A DNA stretch of 64,000 bases from Casimicrobiaceae bacterium (GTDB lineage Bacteria > Pseudomonadota > Gammaproteobacteria > Burkholderiales > Casimicrobiaceae). The position numbers and the translations under genes were made by a program. The notes beneath the pieces were generated by a model. It ran no database searches. It worked only from the letters and a program-made list of their open reading frames with translations, and was not told where the DNA came from. Positions 18,753 to 27,892 of this stretch are shown in pieces; the first letter of the stretch is position 1; every line of letters starts with the position of its first letter. Location: assembly GCA_036270955.1 (NCBI GenBank), contig DATBBM010000142.1:1440-65439 (forward strand), in the 5' to 3' direction.

Positions 18753-19232
18753 GTGCACCGTCGCCTTGAATTCGTCGTCGTCGCCGTCGGATGTCTGACC
18801 GTCGCGCTGCAGGCTGGCGCGTTCACATTCTCCGATGGCACCAGCGCGACTTGCGTCGCGCGTGGCGAGACGGTACCGGAATACGCTCCTCCGCCAGACA
18901 CCGAGGTGATGAACTTCACCGGCAAGACGATCAAGGTGGGCTCGGGCTATCAGATCATCTGGAACGCGCAGAAGCTTGCCGGGTTGCCGCCCGCGACGCA
19001 CGACATGCTTTTTTTCCACGAGTGCGCGCATGCAAAGGTTCCGACGACCGACGAGGTGCTGGCGAACTGCGTTGGCCTGAAGGATATGCGCGCGGCGGGC
19101 AGGGCCGGCCTCGCCGTCGAAGCGAGGCTCGCGGCGTTCTACGGCGCGACCAACGGGTACTGGGTGAACACGCTGCGCTGCGCCAATGCAGAACAGAAAC
19201 CGGCCGGGGCCCCGGGCTCACCGCCACCGTAG
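18753..19232 (+). CDS. Small secreted protein with an HExxH motif (hypothetical)
   Basis: The GTG at 18753 is preceded by GGAGGG; an alternative GTG at 18717 overlaps the ATP-grasp stop. It has a signal-peptide-like N-terminus, an FFHECAHAK motif and four mature-region Cys. Confidence 0.55.
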   Translation: MHRRLEFVVVAVGCLTVALQAGAFTFSDGTSATCVARGETVPEYAPPPDTEVMNFTGKTIKVGSGYQIIWNAQKLAGLPPATHDMLFFHECAHAKVPTTDEVLANCVGLKDMRAAGRAGLAVEARLAAFYGATNGYWVNTLRCANAEQKPAGAPGSPPP

Positions 19233-19256
19233 AGGCGGCACCAGCGACGCGGCGCG

Positions 19257-19874
19257 TCAGCCGCGATGGATCCAGCCGTTGACGGTGAACCGGGCGTCGC
19301 GAAACTGCCTGGACGGAACCTCGACCTTCGTCACCTCGTGCATCACCGCGGCCTGAAAAAATACGATGCTGTTATGGCGCGGCTCGATGCGCTGAAAGGT
19401 ATCGGTGCGCGCCAGCTTGCCGTTGCGGATCACGTCGTCGTAGATCAGCAACTCGCCGCCGTTGAATGCCTTCGGCTGGCGGTTGAAGTAGTAGACGTAG
19501 GTGAACTGGCGGCGAACCGTCTCGTTGACCCCCGAGTCGGTATGCACGCGAAAGAAGCTGCCGTCGGTATTCGCCGTGATCTGGCACTCGATCTGCGTTA
19601 CCGGAAACGGCGCCATCCGCAGGCGCGGGATGACTTCTGGCATGACGGCGCGAATCCGCGCAACCATTTTCTGTGTGAGCTCCTGCGGCGGATTCAGGAC
19701 GAACGAATGCCGGTAGTCTTCCTTGCTGTCGCTGACGCCGGAAGGCACGAACTGTTTTTCCGCCGCGAATACGCGATCGCTGAGCCATGCGAGCTCGTCG
19801 GCGGGAAGGAAGTCGTCGAGTTGGACCAGCGCATGCCTGATCACGGTGCCTGGCGGCAGCGTCGTTAGGCTCAT
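19257..19874 (-). CDS. 2OG-Fe(II) oxygenase superfamily protein (prolyl-4-hydroxylase-like)
   Basis: FRVHTDSG (HxD), a distal VMHEV His and RFTVNGW (Arg) form the facial triad and 2OG-binding pattern. Start taken at MSLTTLPPG. Confidence 0.8.
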   Translation of the reverse strand: MSLTTLPPGTVIRHALVQLDDFLPADELAWLSDRVFAAEKQFVPSGVSDSKEDYRHSFVLNPPQELTQKMVARIRAVMPEVIPRLRMAPFPVTQIECQITANTDGSFFRVHTDSGVNETVRRQFTYVYYFNRQPKAFNGGELLIYDDVIRNGKLARTDTFQRIEPRHNSIVFFQAAVMHEVTKVEVPSRQFRDARFTVNGWIHRG

Positions 19875-19959
19875 CGATTGAAATCGTGGAGGAGTCGAAA
19901 GGAAAAGAATCTCCGGGCCATTATCGGCCGCCGCCAGGGCTTCAGGCAAGACGGGCGCC

Positions 19960-21471
19960 TCAAGGCGCCGGTGCGCACATTGCGACCGCGCCGGGGCCGG
20001 ATCCCTCGGCGAGCCAGCCGGCGGCGATCATCCGGGCCTGAATCGCGCGCGAGGTCGTATAGCGATGGTCGACCGCGCCGGGGTCGTTGTTGTACAGGCG
20101 ATAAACCGGCACGGTGCCCGCCGCGCAGGAGCCGTCATGGGCATCGGGCAGCGCGACGACGAAGACATTCGTGGATTCGAGCAGCCATACGTTCGGCAGC
20201 CACGCGGTGATGGCGGCGCACTCGTCGGCGAAGGCGCTGAAGAAATGCGACTGCTGTCCGGCGTCGGCGCGGCCGAAAAAGCGGCAGACCGGCGCCATGT
20301 TCTGCCCGATTGCGCTGTCCGCCGCGTAGGCGAAAAAGCCCTCGCCGGTCCGCGTCCAGCCGGGAATGCGGCCGGAGTCGAGCGCGGCGATTTCGTTGTA
20401 GTCGACGGTGAGGAAATAATCGCTTGGGTCGCGGTGGAATTCGAGCACCTCGACCTCGGTTGCTACGCGGGGCAGCGCGCTCGTCGAGGTGCGGCCCGAA
20501 TCCGGATCTGCCATCAACGACGACTCGTCGACCGCCTCGAAATCGTCGCCGGTCAGGCGTCCCAGCTGATGCAGCTCGTTGTCGTCCCAGCGCGGGTCCG
20601 GCGCTCCGCTCAAGAACCAGCTGCTGCCGTTGTCGGCCAGAAACATGCCGTATTTCTTGAGCGCTCGCAGGATCACTTGCACGTTCGGCCCGAAGCTCGC
20701 AATGTCGACAGTCGCCTTCAGCCGGAACCGTTGTCCCATCGGCGGGTAGTTGGCTCCTGTCTGACTCGACGCCTTGTGCCGCGCCGGCCAGACGAAGGTG
20801 TTGCGCGTCTGCGGCGCGGTGAAACGCAGCGCATGCGGGATTTCGCCTGCGACGACTTCCTCGTAGCGCACGAGCCCGGGCAGGATCGGAAGACCGGCCG
20901 CGTCGGCGGAGGTCCAACCCGCAGGACGCAGAGCGTTGCCGTTCAGATCGAATATCGCGCCCGATCCCGCATGCCAGCTCCCGTCGGGATTCGGATACGC
21001 GGCGAAGAGCTCGTACAGCTTGCCGCCGTCGCGATCGACGATCAGCACATGCCGATCGCCTGTCGACGAAGGGCCTCCTTCGATCGGCGCGTCCGGCGGC
21101 ACCGGATACGGCCCGGGGTCGCTCTCGTCCGCATAATCGAAGCTGACCGCGACGCGGGCCTGGGTTCCGGGTACGACGACGAAGGGTATGCCGTTCGGCG
21201 CGCCGTTGTAGACGGTGCCGAAATCGGCATGCATCGTCTTCGCCGCGCCTATGGTCGTGACATACGCCGCCGAATTGGTATCGACCGGGAGCGCATCGAT
21301 CGCGACGTTCCAGACGTTGTCCGCCGGGAACATCGGACGCACCGTCAGTATGGCCGATGCAGCTGCCGGCAAGATGCAGGCGAGCATCAGTCCGGCGGAC
21401 ATCAAGGCGCGGCACGCAAGCGGCACGGGCTTCCTTTCGGCAGCGGTACGGACACAGTATGCCATTATCAT
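19960..21471 (-). CDS. Large secreted hypothetical protein with a C-terminal DUF5648-like module
   Basis: Signal peptide (LMLACILPAAASA). The C-terminal region is of the type F(F/Y)....HF(F/Y)(S/T).......(W..EG). The start may instead be the internal Met at 21402. Confidence 0.65.
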   Translation of the reverse strand: MIMAYCVRTAAERKPVPLACRALMSAGLMLACILPAAASAILTVRPMFPADNVWNVAIDALPVDTNSAAYVTTIGAAKTMHADFGTVYNGAPNGIPFVVVPGTQARVAVSFDYADESDPGPYPVPPDAPIEGGPSSTGDRHVLIVDRDGGKLYELFAAYPNPDGSWHAGSGAIFDLNGNALRPAGWTSADAAGLPILPGLVRYEEVVAGEIPHALRFTAPQTRNTFVWPARHKASSQTGANYPPMGQRFRLKATVDIASFGPNVQVILRALKKYGMFLADNGSSWFLSGAPDPRWDDNELHQLGRLTGDDFEAVDESSLMADPDSGRTSTSALPRVATEVEVLEFHRDPSDYFLTVDYNEIAALDSGRIPGWTRTGEGFFAYAADSAIGQNMAPVCRFFGRADAGQQSHFFSAFADECAAITAWLPNVWLLESTNVFVVALPDAHDGSCAAGTVPVYRLYNNDPGAVDHRYTTSRAIQARMIAAGWLAEGSGPGAVAMCAPAP

Positions 21472-21564
21472 AACGTGCCGTGGCGCCTATCTGGGGACGC
21501 GATGTCGCAAACGCATTGCCCCCGCCGGGTTGAGTCCTGACGGTCCGGCCCCAAACTACGCTGC

Positions 21565-22167
21565 ATGCCCCCCGTCACGACCGCGCTGATCGTCGCCAAT
21601 GTTGCGGTCTTCCTGCTGCAAAGCCTGGCACCCGGCCTGTTCGCGCCATTCGCACTTTGGCCGCTCGCAGCCTCCAATCTCAATGCCGGGGTTGCGTTCG
21701 CACCCTGGCAGCTGGTGACCTACGCCTTTTTGCACGGCAACCTGATGCATCTGGCGTTCAACATGTTCGCCCTCTACATGTTCGGCAGCGCAGTCGAGCG
21801 CGTGTTCGGCGGACGGCGCTACCTGACGTTTTACGGGGTCTGCGTGCTTTCGGCCGCCGTTGCGCAGCTGATCGTCGCGGCCGTCACCGGCAAGATTTAT
21901 CCGACCGTCGGCGCCTCGGGCGGCATCTTCGGCATCCTGCTCGCCTATGGCATGTATTTTCCGAACAACAGGGTGATGCTGCTGTTTCCGCCGATTCCGA
22001 TGCCGGCGCGCGTGTTCGTCGTCGTCTACGCCTTGATCGAGCTGTTCCTGGGCGTCACCGGAACGCAGGAGGGCGTGGCCCACTTCGCGCACTTGGGCGG
22101 CATGGTCGGCGGTTTTCTGATGCTGCGTTACTGGCGCGGCACGATCGGGCGCCGGAGCGTTCGCTAG
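21565..22167 (+). CDS. Rhomboid family intramembrane serine protease
   Basis: Six TM segments, the GASGGIFG catalytic-Ser motif and the HLGG catalytic-His motif. Confidence 0.9.
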   Translation: MPPVTTALIVANVAVFLLQSLAPGLFAPFALWPLAASNLNAGVAFAPWQLVTYAFLHGNLMHLAFNMFALYMFGSAVERVFGGRRYLTFYGVCVLSAAVAQLIVAAVTGKIYPTVGASGGIFGILLAYGMYFPNNRVMLLFPPIPMPARVFVVVYALIELFLGVTGTQEGVAHFAHLGGMVGGFLMLRYWRGTIGRRSVR

Positions 22168-22179
22168 CGGCCGCGAGCT

Positions 22180-23208
22180 TCAGCGGCCGAGCCACGCCTG
22201 CACGCGCGTGTGGCTCAAGACCTCGGGATTGACGACGAACTGCGGCCTGCGGCCGGCAAGCGCGTCGACGATGCTGGTGAGCCCGGTCGACGCCATGTTG
22301 TGAAAACATTCATCGGTCCAACAGAGCGAATGCGGCGTGACGATGACGTTGTCCATCGCCAGCAGCGGATTGGCCGGATCGACCGGTTCCTGCTCGAACA
22401 CGTCGAGCGCCGCGCCGGCGATGCGGCGAGCCCTTAGCGCCTCGATCAGCGCCGGCTCGTCGACCACGGGCCCGCGCGCGACATTGATCAGGTACGCTTC
22501 CGGCCGCATCTCGCGCAAGGCCGCCGCATCGATCAGATGATGCGTTGCCGGCGAGAGCAGGCAGCAGACGACGACAAAGTCTGATTGTTGCAGCAGCTCC
22601 CTCAGCGGGACCTTGCGCGCACCGAGGTAAGCCAGCTCGATCGCGTCGACTTGCGGATCGGCCGCCAGCAGCTTCAGATCGAACGTGCGTGCCATGCTCA
22701 GCAGCTCGCGGCCGATGCGTCCGGCTCCGACCACGCCGAGCGTGCGGCCGGTGAGTCCAAGTCCCATGTTGTCCATCCGCTCGTGCCAGCGTCCGGTTCG
22801 GGTCAGCCGGTCCTTGAGGAAAAGCCTGCCGGCGAGCGCCAGCAGGAAAGTCAGCGCGGTCGTCGCGACCGGCCGCGGCATCGAGCTAGGCGTGTTGGTG
22901 ACAAGTACGCCGGCGCGCGTCATAGCCGGAACGTCGACGGTGTCGTAGCCGACGCCATGCCGTGCGACGACGCGCAGCCGGCAATCGGCGCGCGCCACCG
23001 CGGCCTCCGGCACGCGCGCGGTGTTGACGTAGATCGCGTCGTAGCTTGCTGCGAGGTCGGCATCGATCGCAGGCACGATCTTCGGCAGGTATTCCCATTC
23101 GAGGCCGGCCGCCGAGTCGAGGATCTGCAAGGCGGCGCGGCCGAACGCCGGCTCGCCGCGGGAGTCGAGGATGTCGCGCGGAAGGCCGACCCGGAATCTG
23201 CCGCTCAT
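22180..23208 (-). CDS. D-isomer-specific 2-hydroxyacid dehydrogenase family protein
   Basis: GVVGAGRIGRE NAD motif, NVARGPVVDE and TPHS. The ATG at 23208 forms an ATGA overlap with the upstream aldolase stop. Confidence 0.85.
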   Translation of the reverse strand: MSGRFRVGLPRDILDSRGEPAFGRAALQILDSAAGLEWEYLPKIVPAIDADLAASYDAIYVNTARVPEAAVARADCRLRVVARHGVGYDTVDVPAMTRAGVLVTNTPSSMPRPVATTALTFLLALAGRLFLKDRLTRTGRWHERMDNMGLGLTGRTLGVVGAGRIGRELLSMARTFDLKLLAADPQVDAIELAYLGARKVPLRELLQQSDFVVVCCLLSPATHHLIDAAALREMRPEAYLINVARGPVVDEPALIEALRARRIAGAALDVFEQEPVDPANPLLAMDNVIVTPHSLCWTDECFHNMASTGLTSIVDALAGRRPQFVVNPEVLSHTRVQAWLGR

Positions 23209-23999
23209 CGTGAAGCTCCTTCGTTGGCTGCCGCGTCCCTCAACACGTCGAGTCCGCGCCGCAGCGCTTCCTGCAGCAGCAGCTGGTCGATGCCGTAGGC
23301 CATCAGACGAAACCCCTTGGCGACGTAATCGCGCGCCCAGGCATCGTCGGTTGCGAGCATTCCCGCCGCCTTGCCGTGCCTCGCGCAGGCAGCGAGCACC
23401 CGTTCGACCGCGGCGAGATAAGCCGGATGCTGGAATTGCGCCGGAATGCCGAGAAAGTTGGTCAGATCGAATTGACCGATCCACAGCGCGTCGATGCCGG
23501 GCACTGCGGCGATCGCCTCCACATTGTCGAGACCTTCGCCGGTTTCGATCTGCGCGATCATCATCGTGCGCTGGTTCAGCGCCGCCATCTTGGCGACGAC
23601 GTCGCCGCCCTGGTAATCGTCGTGCGCAAACCCGAATGCCGCGCCGCGGCGGCCGTGCGGCGGATAATGCGAGCACGACACCAGGTGCTCGGCCTCGGCG
23701 CCGGTCGCCACCATCGGCACCATGACGCCGAAGGCGCCGACGTCCAGCGCGCGGGCGATGAAGTGATATTCGCCGCGAGGCACGCGCGCCATCGGCACGA
23801 TGCTTAAGCCCCGGCAAAGCGCGAGCTGCGTCTTGAGCGTCTCGAAGCCCAGGCCGGTGTGCTCCATGTCATACATGACGAACTCGGCGCCGGCGTTGCG
23901 GCAGATTTGCGGCAGGCCGGGCACGAAGCATTCGAACACCACCGCGCCGATCGCGCGTCCTCCGCTCTCGAGCTTGCTCTTGACCGGGTTATTCCGCAT
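23205..23999 (-). CDS. HpcH/HpaI family 2-keto-3-deoxy-acid aldolase
   Basis: Matches the HpcH/HpaI aldolase pattern (FVMYDMEHTG, RVP, IAQIET.EG..N...I..V.GID). Confidence 0.85.
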   Translation of the reverse strand: MRNNPVKSKLESGGRAIGAVVFECFVPGLPQICRNAGAEFVMYDMEHTGLGFETLKTQLALCRGLSIVPMARVPRGEYHFIARALDVGAFGVMVPMVATGAEAEHLVSCSHYPPHGRRGAAFGFAHDDYQGGDVVAKMAALNQRTMMIAQIETGEGLDNVEAIAAVPGIDALWIGQFDLTNFLGIPAQFQHPAYLAAVERVLAACARHGKAAGMLATDDAWARDYVAKGFRLMAYGIDQLLLQEALRRGLDVLRDAAANEGASR

Positions 24000-24083
24000 G
24001 CCTGTCTTTCGTCGATTTGCCGGTGCCGGTGCCGGCGCTGGCGCCGTGCGCAACGAACGTTGCGAGATCGCCGCCGTCGCTCA

Positions 24084-25595
24084 TCATTGCACGAGCAGCG
24101 CCTGACGCGCGAGTCGCGCCAGGATCTCGTCCAGCGCTTCTGCGGCGCCTCGGGGCGGCTGGCCGGGAAATACCTTCGCCGCGATCGCAGCGCGCTCGAG
24201 CGACCCGTCGAGCAGCGACAGCAGGCGCCGATCCGCGTCGTCGAGGCCGGCCATTTCGTGACGCATATTGGTCACATACGCACCGCGAGCAGCCTGCAGC
24301 CGCGCGACCGGCGATGCTCGCGGCTTTGCGCCTGGCTCGATCACGAACGCCGGGCCGAGCGCATGCAGTTCCGCGGCACCTGCGCAGAAGGATTTGAGCA
24401 CGTCCGAGGCGAGCGTCGCGGTCTGGACGTCGGCGACATCGCCGGTCAGCCCGATACGCGCCGCGGCCATCGCGGCAAGATCGGAAAAGGGTATCGGCGC
24501 CGGCCAATGCTTGGCGAGCACCGCCATCGCCGCCTTGGTTATCGGATTCGGGGTCCGGAGTCCGCTGCCATCGGGCATGCGAAATTCAGCCGGCGCCGAC
24601 GAGCGCGGATCGCTGCCGTCGCCGGAAGCGCGTGCTGCCGACGCAATCCAGAGCGATTTGACGCGCTCCGGTGCCAAGGCGCGATCGACCGGGGCGCCCT
24701 CGCGCACCAGCAGCGTCTGGCGGAAACTGCGGTTGCGCAGGAAATCGGTCAGCTGCTCGCGCTGCAGGATCTCGGGTGCCATCCGGTCTATCGTCTGTGC
24801 GACCGATGCCGGCAGGCCGTCGGTCTGCATCATGCGGAACTCCGCTTCGGCGAGGAAGGCGAGGCCGTGCGCGGCCGCGCGCGCGGCGAACTGATGGAAA
24901 AAAAACGCTTCGTTGAATTCCTCGAGATGATCGTGAAGAACGTAATAGTCCTGCTTGCGCCGGAGCTGCTCGGCTTCCGAACGCAGCATGAGCGCGTAAG
25001 GCGATTGCGCGCCCTCGGTCGCCTGCGCCAGGAAATCCAGCGTGGCGCGGGCTTGTTGCACGCGGCTGCGGGCATCGGGAAACTGGCGGGTGTGGTAGCG
25101 CATGGCATCGCGGACGATTCCGCGCATGTTCCATCCCGGCAGGGTGTTGTAGCTGATGTAGGCGATGCCGCCGGCTGCCAGCTGCCGCGCGCAGACGTCG
25201 AGCAGCTTTTCCTGAACGGCCGCCGGCACCCACGAATAGACGCCGTGCGCGATGATGTAGTCGAAGACGCCGGATTCTTCGCCGAAATCGCGCAGGTCGA
25301 CCTGCTCGAGCTCGATGTTGGCGAGGTCCAGCGCCGCGATGTCGGCAGCGCCTTCGCGTACCTGGACGGCGGAAAAGTCGATGCCGAGGAAGCGGGAGCG
25401 CGGCAGGGCCGCCGCCATCGGAATCAGGTTCCCTCCGGCGGCGCAGCCGATTTCGAGTACCCGGCATTCGCCGACCGGCGCCGAAATCAGACCGTGCAAC
25501 CGGGCGATCGTCGCGAGCCGGTCCGGATGCGACTGCGGAAAGGCCAGGCTTACATACGGGAATTCGTCGTAGCTCGCCTGCAACTCTGCATCCAT
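24084..25595 (-). CDS. Class I SAM methyltransferase with C-terminal methyltransferase-regulatory domain
   Basis: VLEIGCAAGGNL motif I. A long C-terminal domain resembles the predicted methyltransferase regulatory domain family. Confidence 0.75.
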   Translation of the reverse strand: MDAELQASYDEFPYVSLAFPQSHPDRLATIARLHGLISAPVGECRVLEIGCAAGGNLIPMAAALPRSRFLGIDFSAVQVREGAADIAALDLANIELEQVDLRDFGEESGVFDYIIAHGVYSWVPAAVQEKLLDVCARQLAAGGIAYISYNTLPGWNMRGIVRDAMRYHTRQFPDARSRVQQARATLDFLAQATEGAQSPYALMLRSEAEQLRRKQDYYVLHDHLEEFNEAFFFHQFAARAAAHGLAFLAEAEFRMMQTDGLPASVAQTIDRMAPEILQREQLTDFLRNRSFRQTLLVREGAPVDRALAPERVKSLWIASAARASGDGSDPRSSAPAEFRMPDGSGLRTPNPITKAAMAVLAKHWPAPIPFSDLAAMAAARIGLTGDVADVQTATLASDVLKSFCAGAAELHALGPAFVIEPGAKPRASPVARLQAARGAYVTNMRHEMAGLDDADRRLLSLLDGSLERAAIAAKVFPGQPPRGAAEALDEILARLARQALLVQ

Positions 25596-25658
25596 CGCGG
25601 CCGCAGTTTAGCAGCAGCGACGCGGCGCCGTGTCGCGAATCGGCGCTGGGGACGACCT

Positions 25659-26354
25659 TCAGGCCCGGGATTCGGCTGCCAGCTCGGGCGATGGATCGGC
25701 GCCTTCGTCGCCGCTGTCTTGAAAGACGACCGCGAACGGCTGCGGCAACAACTTCGGATCGCTGACCATGCGGATATGGAAAAAGGTCGACAGCTCTCGT
25801 ACCGCGGAGCGGACCTGCCTCGCACCATCGCGCCGGCTGACCGTCCGCCCCCAGCGAGCCTTGCGCGACGGGGACCGCGCCCGCACGACAATGCCCAGCG
25901 GCAGCTCGGCCAGCAGCTTTTCCTGGCTGATATAACTGCCGAACGGAGCCAGCGCCGCGATTTCGAGCGGATTGGATTTCCAGTCGGCGTTGATCTGGGT
26001 CGCCAGCAGGCAGACCTTGCCCAGCAATTGTCTGGCGCGGTCGCGCGGAAGAGGCTCGACGACCCGCGCGGTGGCGAATTCGAGGAAGCGCTCGGTCAGC
26101 GCGAAATCGCCCTGGCGTTCATCCGGCTGCTGGAGCAGGCCGTCGGCGACCATCTGATCGAGCGTGTCCTGCGCAGTGACCGTGTCGAGTCCGAAGTCCA
26201 GGTACAGATGGCGTCGGCTGACGCGCGCCGCATCGGCCGGCAACCCGGCGACACGGGAGAGCACCCGCGCCATTGCGGCGCGCAGCGCGACCGCTTCCAT
26301 GCCGTAGTACTGTCGCTTGGTGACCAGCGTTCGGATCTTCATGGCGCAAGGCAT
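25659..26354 (-). CDS. Hypothetical protein (possible N-terminal winged-helix)
   Basis: Coherent ORF 63 bp upstream of the methyltransferase on the same strand. I recognise no family. Confidence 0.5.
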   Translation of the reverse strand: MPCAMKIRTLVTKRQYYGMEAVALRAAMARVLSRVAGLPADAARVSRRHLYLDFGLDTVTAQDTLDQMVADGLLQQPDERQGDFALTERFLEFATARVVEPLPRDRARQLLGKVCLLATQINADWKSNPLEIAALAPFGSYISQEKLLAELPLGIVVRARSPSRKARWGRTVSRRDGARQVRSAVRELSTFFHIRMVSDPKLLPQPFAVVFQDSGDEGADPSPELAAESRA

Positions 26355-26494
26355 CGATCAGGGTATTCATGACAATAGCATAGCCTCGCAGGGGGGGCAA
26401 TCACCCCGGTCCGGGCGCAGTCAGTGCCCTATAATCGGCTGATGGCCAGGCGCGGCGGTACCGTCGGAGCGGCCAACTTCCATGGGAGCACGCA

Positions 26495-27259
26495 ATGATC
26501 AGGGTAATCGTCGTCTTTACGCTGGCGACGCTCGGCAGCGGCGCAGCACTGGCGCAGGAATCCCGGCTCGACACGATCCAGAAGGCAGGTGCGCTGCGCG
26601 TCTGCACGCCCGGCGATTACAAGCCGTTCAGCGTCGCCAAGCCGGATGCGGGCTTCGAAGGCCTTGACGTCGACATCGCGCAGGCGATGGCCAAGTCGCT
26701 CGGCGTCGAAGCGAAGTTCGTCAAGACGAGCTGGCCGAAACTGATGGACGATTTCGTCGAGAAATGCGATCTGGCCGTCGGCGGCATTTCGGTCACGCTC
26801 GACCGGCAGAAGCGCGCGTTCTTCTCCGAGCCCTACATGGTGAACGGGAAAGCGCCGATCACGCGCTGCGAAAACGTCGGAAAATTCCAGACGATCGCCG
26901 ATATCGACAAGCCCGGGGTGACGGTGATCGAGAATCCGGGCGGAAGCAACGAGCGATTCGCGCGTGCCAATTTCAAGCAGGCCAAGATCGTCATCTTCGA
27001 CGACAACACCAAGATCTTCGACGAAATACTTAACCGCCGCGCCGACGTCATGATCTCTGAGTCGGTCGAGGCGGTGGTCCAGCAGAGAATCAAGCCCGGC
27101 CTTTGCGCGGTCAATCCGACCAAGCCGCTGCAGTACGGCGAAATGGCTTATCTGCTGCCGCGCGGCGACACGGTACTCAAAGCCTGGGTCGACCAGTGGA
27201 TGCATCTGGCCAAGGCGAACGGGGAATACGACCGCATCGTCGAAACCTGGCTCAAGTAA
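26495..27259 (+). CDS. Family-3 solute-binding protein (cyclohexadienyl/arogenate dehydratase-like), orphan
   Basis: GGGAG RBS and a signal peptide. LRVCTPGDYKPF...G.DVDIA...A..LG resembles SBP_bac_3/PheC-like proteins. There are no adjacent permease or ATPase genes. Confidence 0.8.
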   Translation: MIRVIVVFTLATLGSGAALAQESRLDTIQKAGALRVCTPGDYKPFSVAKPDAGFEGLDVDIAQAMAKSLGVEAKFVKTSWPKLMDDFVEKCDLAVGGISVTLDRQKRAFFSEPYMVNGKAPITRCENVGKFQTIADIDKPGVTVIENPGGSNERFARANFKQAKIVIFDDNTKIFDEILNRRADVMISESVEAVVQQRIKPGLCAVNPTKPLQYGEMAYLLPRGDTVLKAWVDQWMHLAKANGEYDRIVETWLK

Positions 27260-27312
27260 ACGGGTGCAACGATCGCGGCGTCGCGCCGCGTCGGCGATCA
27301 GGGAGTTTAGGA

Positions 27313-27519
27313 ATGAACGAAGAAACCTTCAACCTCAGCATCCGCAAGTTTCTGAAGATGGTCGGCATCAACTCGCAGCGGGAAATCGAGCAGGCGGTCG
27401 CTCGCGCGATTGCCGACGGCTCGATTGCGGGCCGGGAAAGTTTTCCCGCGTTCGTGACGCTGGGGGTGGCGGGCCTGAAGATCGACGTCAGATTCGACGG
27501 CGAAATCCGGCTCGAATAG
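27313..27519 (+). CDS. DUF6494-like small protein
   Basis: GGGAG RBS. MNEETFNLSIRKFLKMVGINSQREIEQAV resembles the DUF6494 family from memory. Confidence 0.65.
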   Translation: MNEETFNLSIRKFLKMVGINSQREIEQAVARAIADGSIAGRESFPAFVTLGVAGLKIDVRFDGEIRLE

Positions 27520-27578
27520 CAGGGCTCTGCGCGCGACAAGGCCGATCGCGGCCGGCGGGCCCCGCGGCTTCGTTGCGA

Positions 27579-27818
27579 TCACGTCCGACCCTTCGCCGGC
27601 GGACGGCCGCGCACCGCCGGATCCTCTTCGCGGGCACGTTCCCGCGCAAGCTGCTCGGCGCGGGCGAGTTCCGCTTCTTCGGCGTCTGATTTCGGCGCCG
27701 CGTCGCGCGCGGCCTTGTCGACGCGGCCCGATTTCACGAACGCTGCCTCCGCAGCGTCGAACTCCTTCGCTGCCTTGTAGTTGCCCTCGCCATGCACTTT
27801 GTCTTCCTTGCGCTTCAT
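27579..27818 (-). CDS. Small charged hypothetical protein (conserved HGEGNY-type)
   Basis: MKRKEDKVHGEGNYKAAKEFD... resembles small conserved proteobacterial proteins. Start taken at the internal Met. Confidence 0.55.
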   Translation of the reverse strand: MKRKEDKVHGEGNYKAAKEFDAAEAAFVKSGRVDKAARDAAPKSDAEEAELARAEQLARERAREEDPAVRGRPPAKGRT

Positions 27819-27892
27819 CGTCGTTTCCTTATCGGTTACTTGACCCGCAACGCGCATTTTCGCGCGCGAGTGTCGTCGAAATGCAAAATGGC

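Noticed and set aside
22180-23817. 545-aa version of the 2-hydroxyacid dehydrogenase ORF extending upstream through the aldolase gene
   Set aside because: The N-terminal 200 or so residues are Arg/Gly/Ala-rich and low-complexity, and overlap the well-supported HpcH aldolase in another frame. The internal ATG at 23208 gives a normal-length enzyme and an ATGA coupling.
24019-24045. GCCGGT/GCCGGC hexanucleotide run as a possible tandem repeat locus
   Set aside because: There are only about four imperfect units. This is common in GC-rich intergenic DNA and too short to call a repeat feature.
23859-26372. 837-aa plus-strand ORF
   Set aside because: It is antisense to three supported minus-strand genes and has an Arg/Gly/Asp-rich composition with no domains, so it is a shadow ORF.
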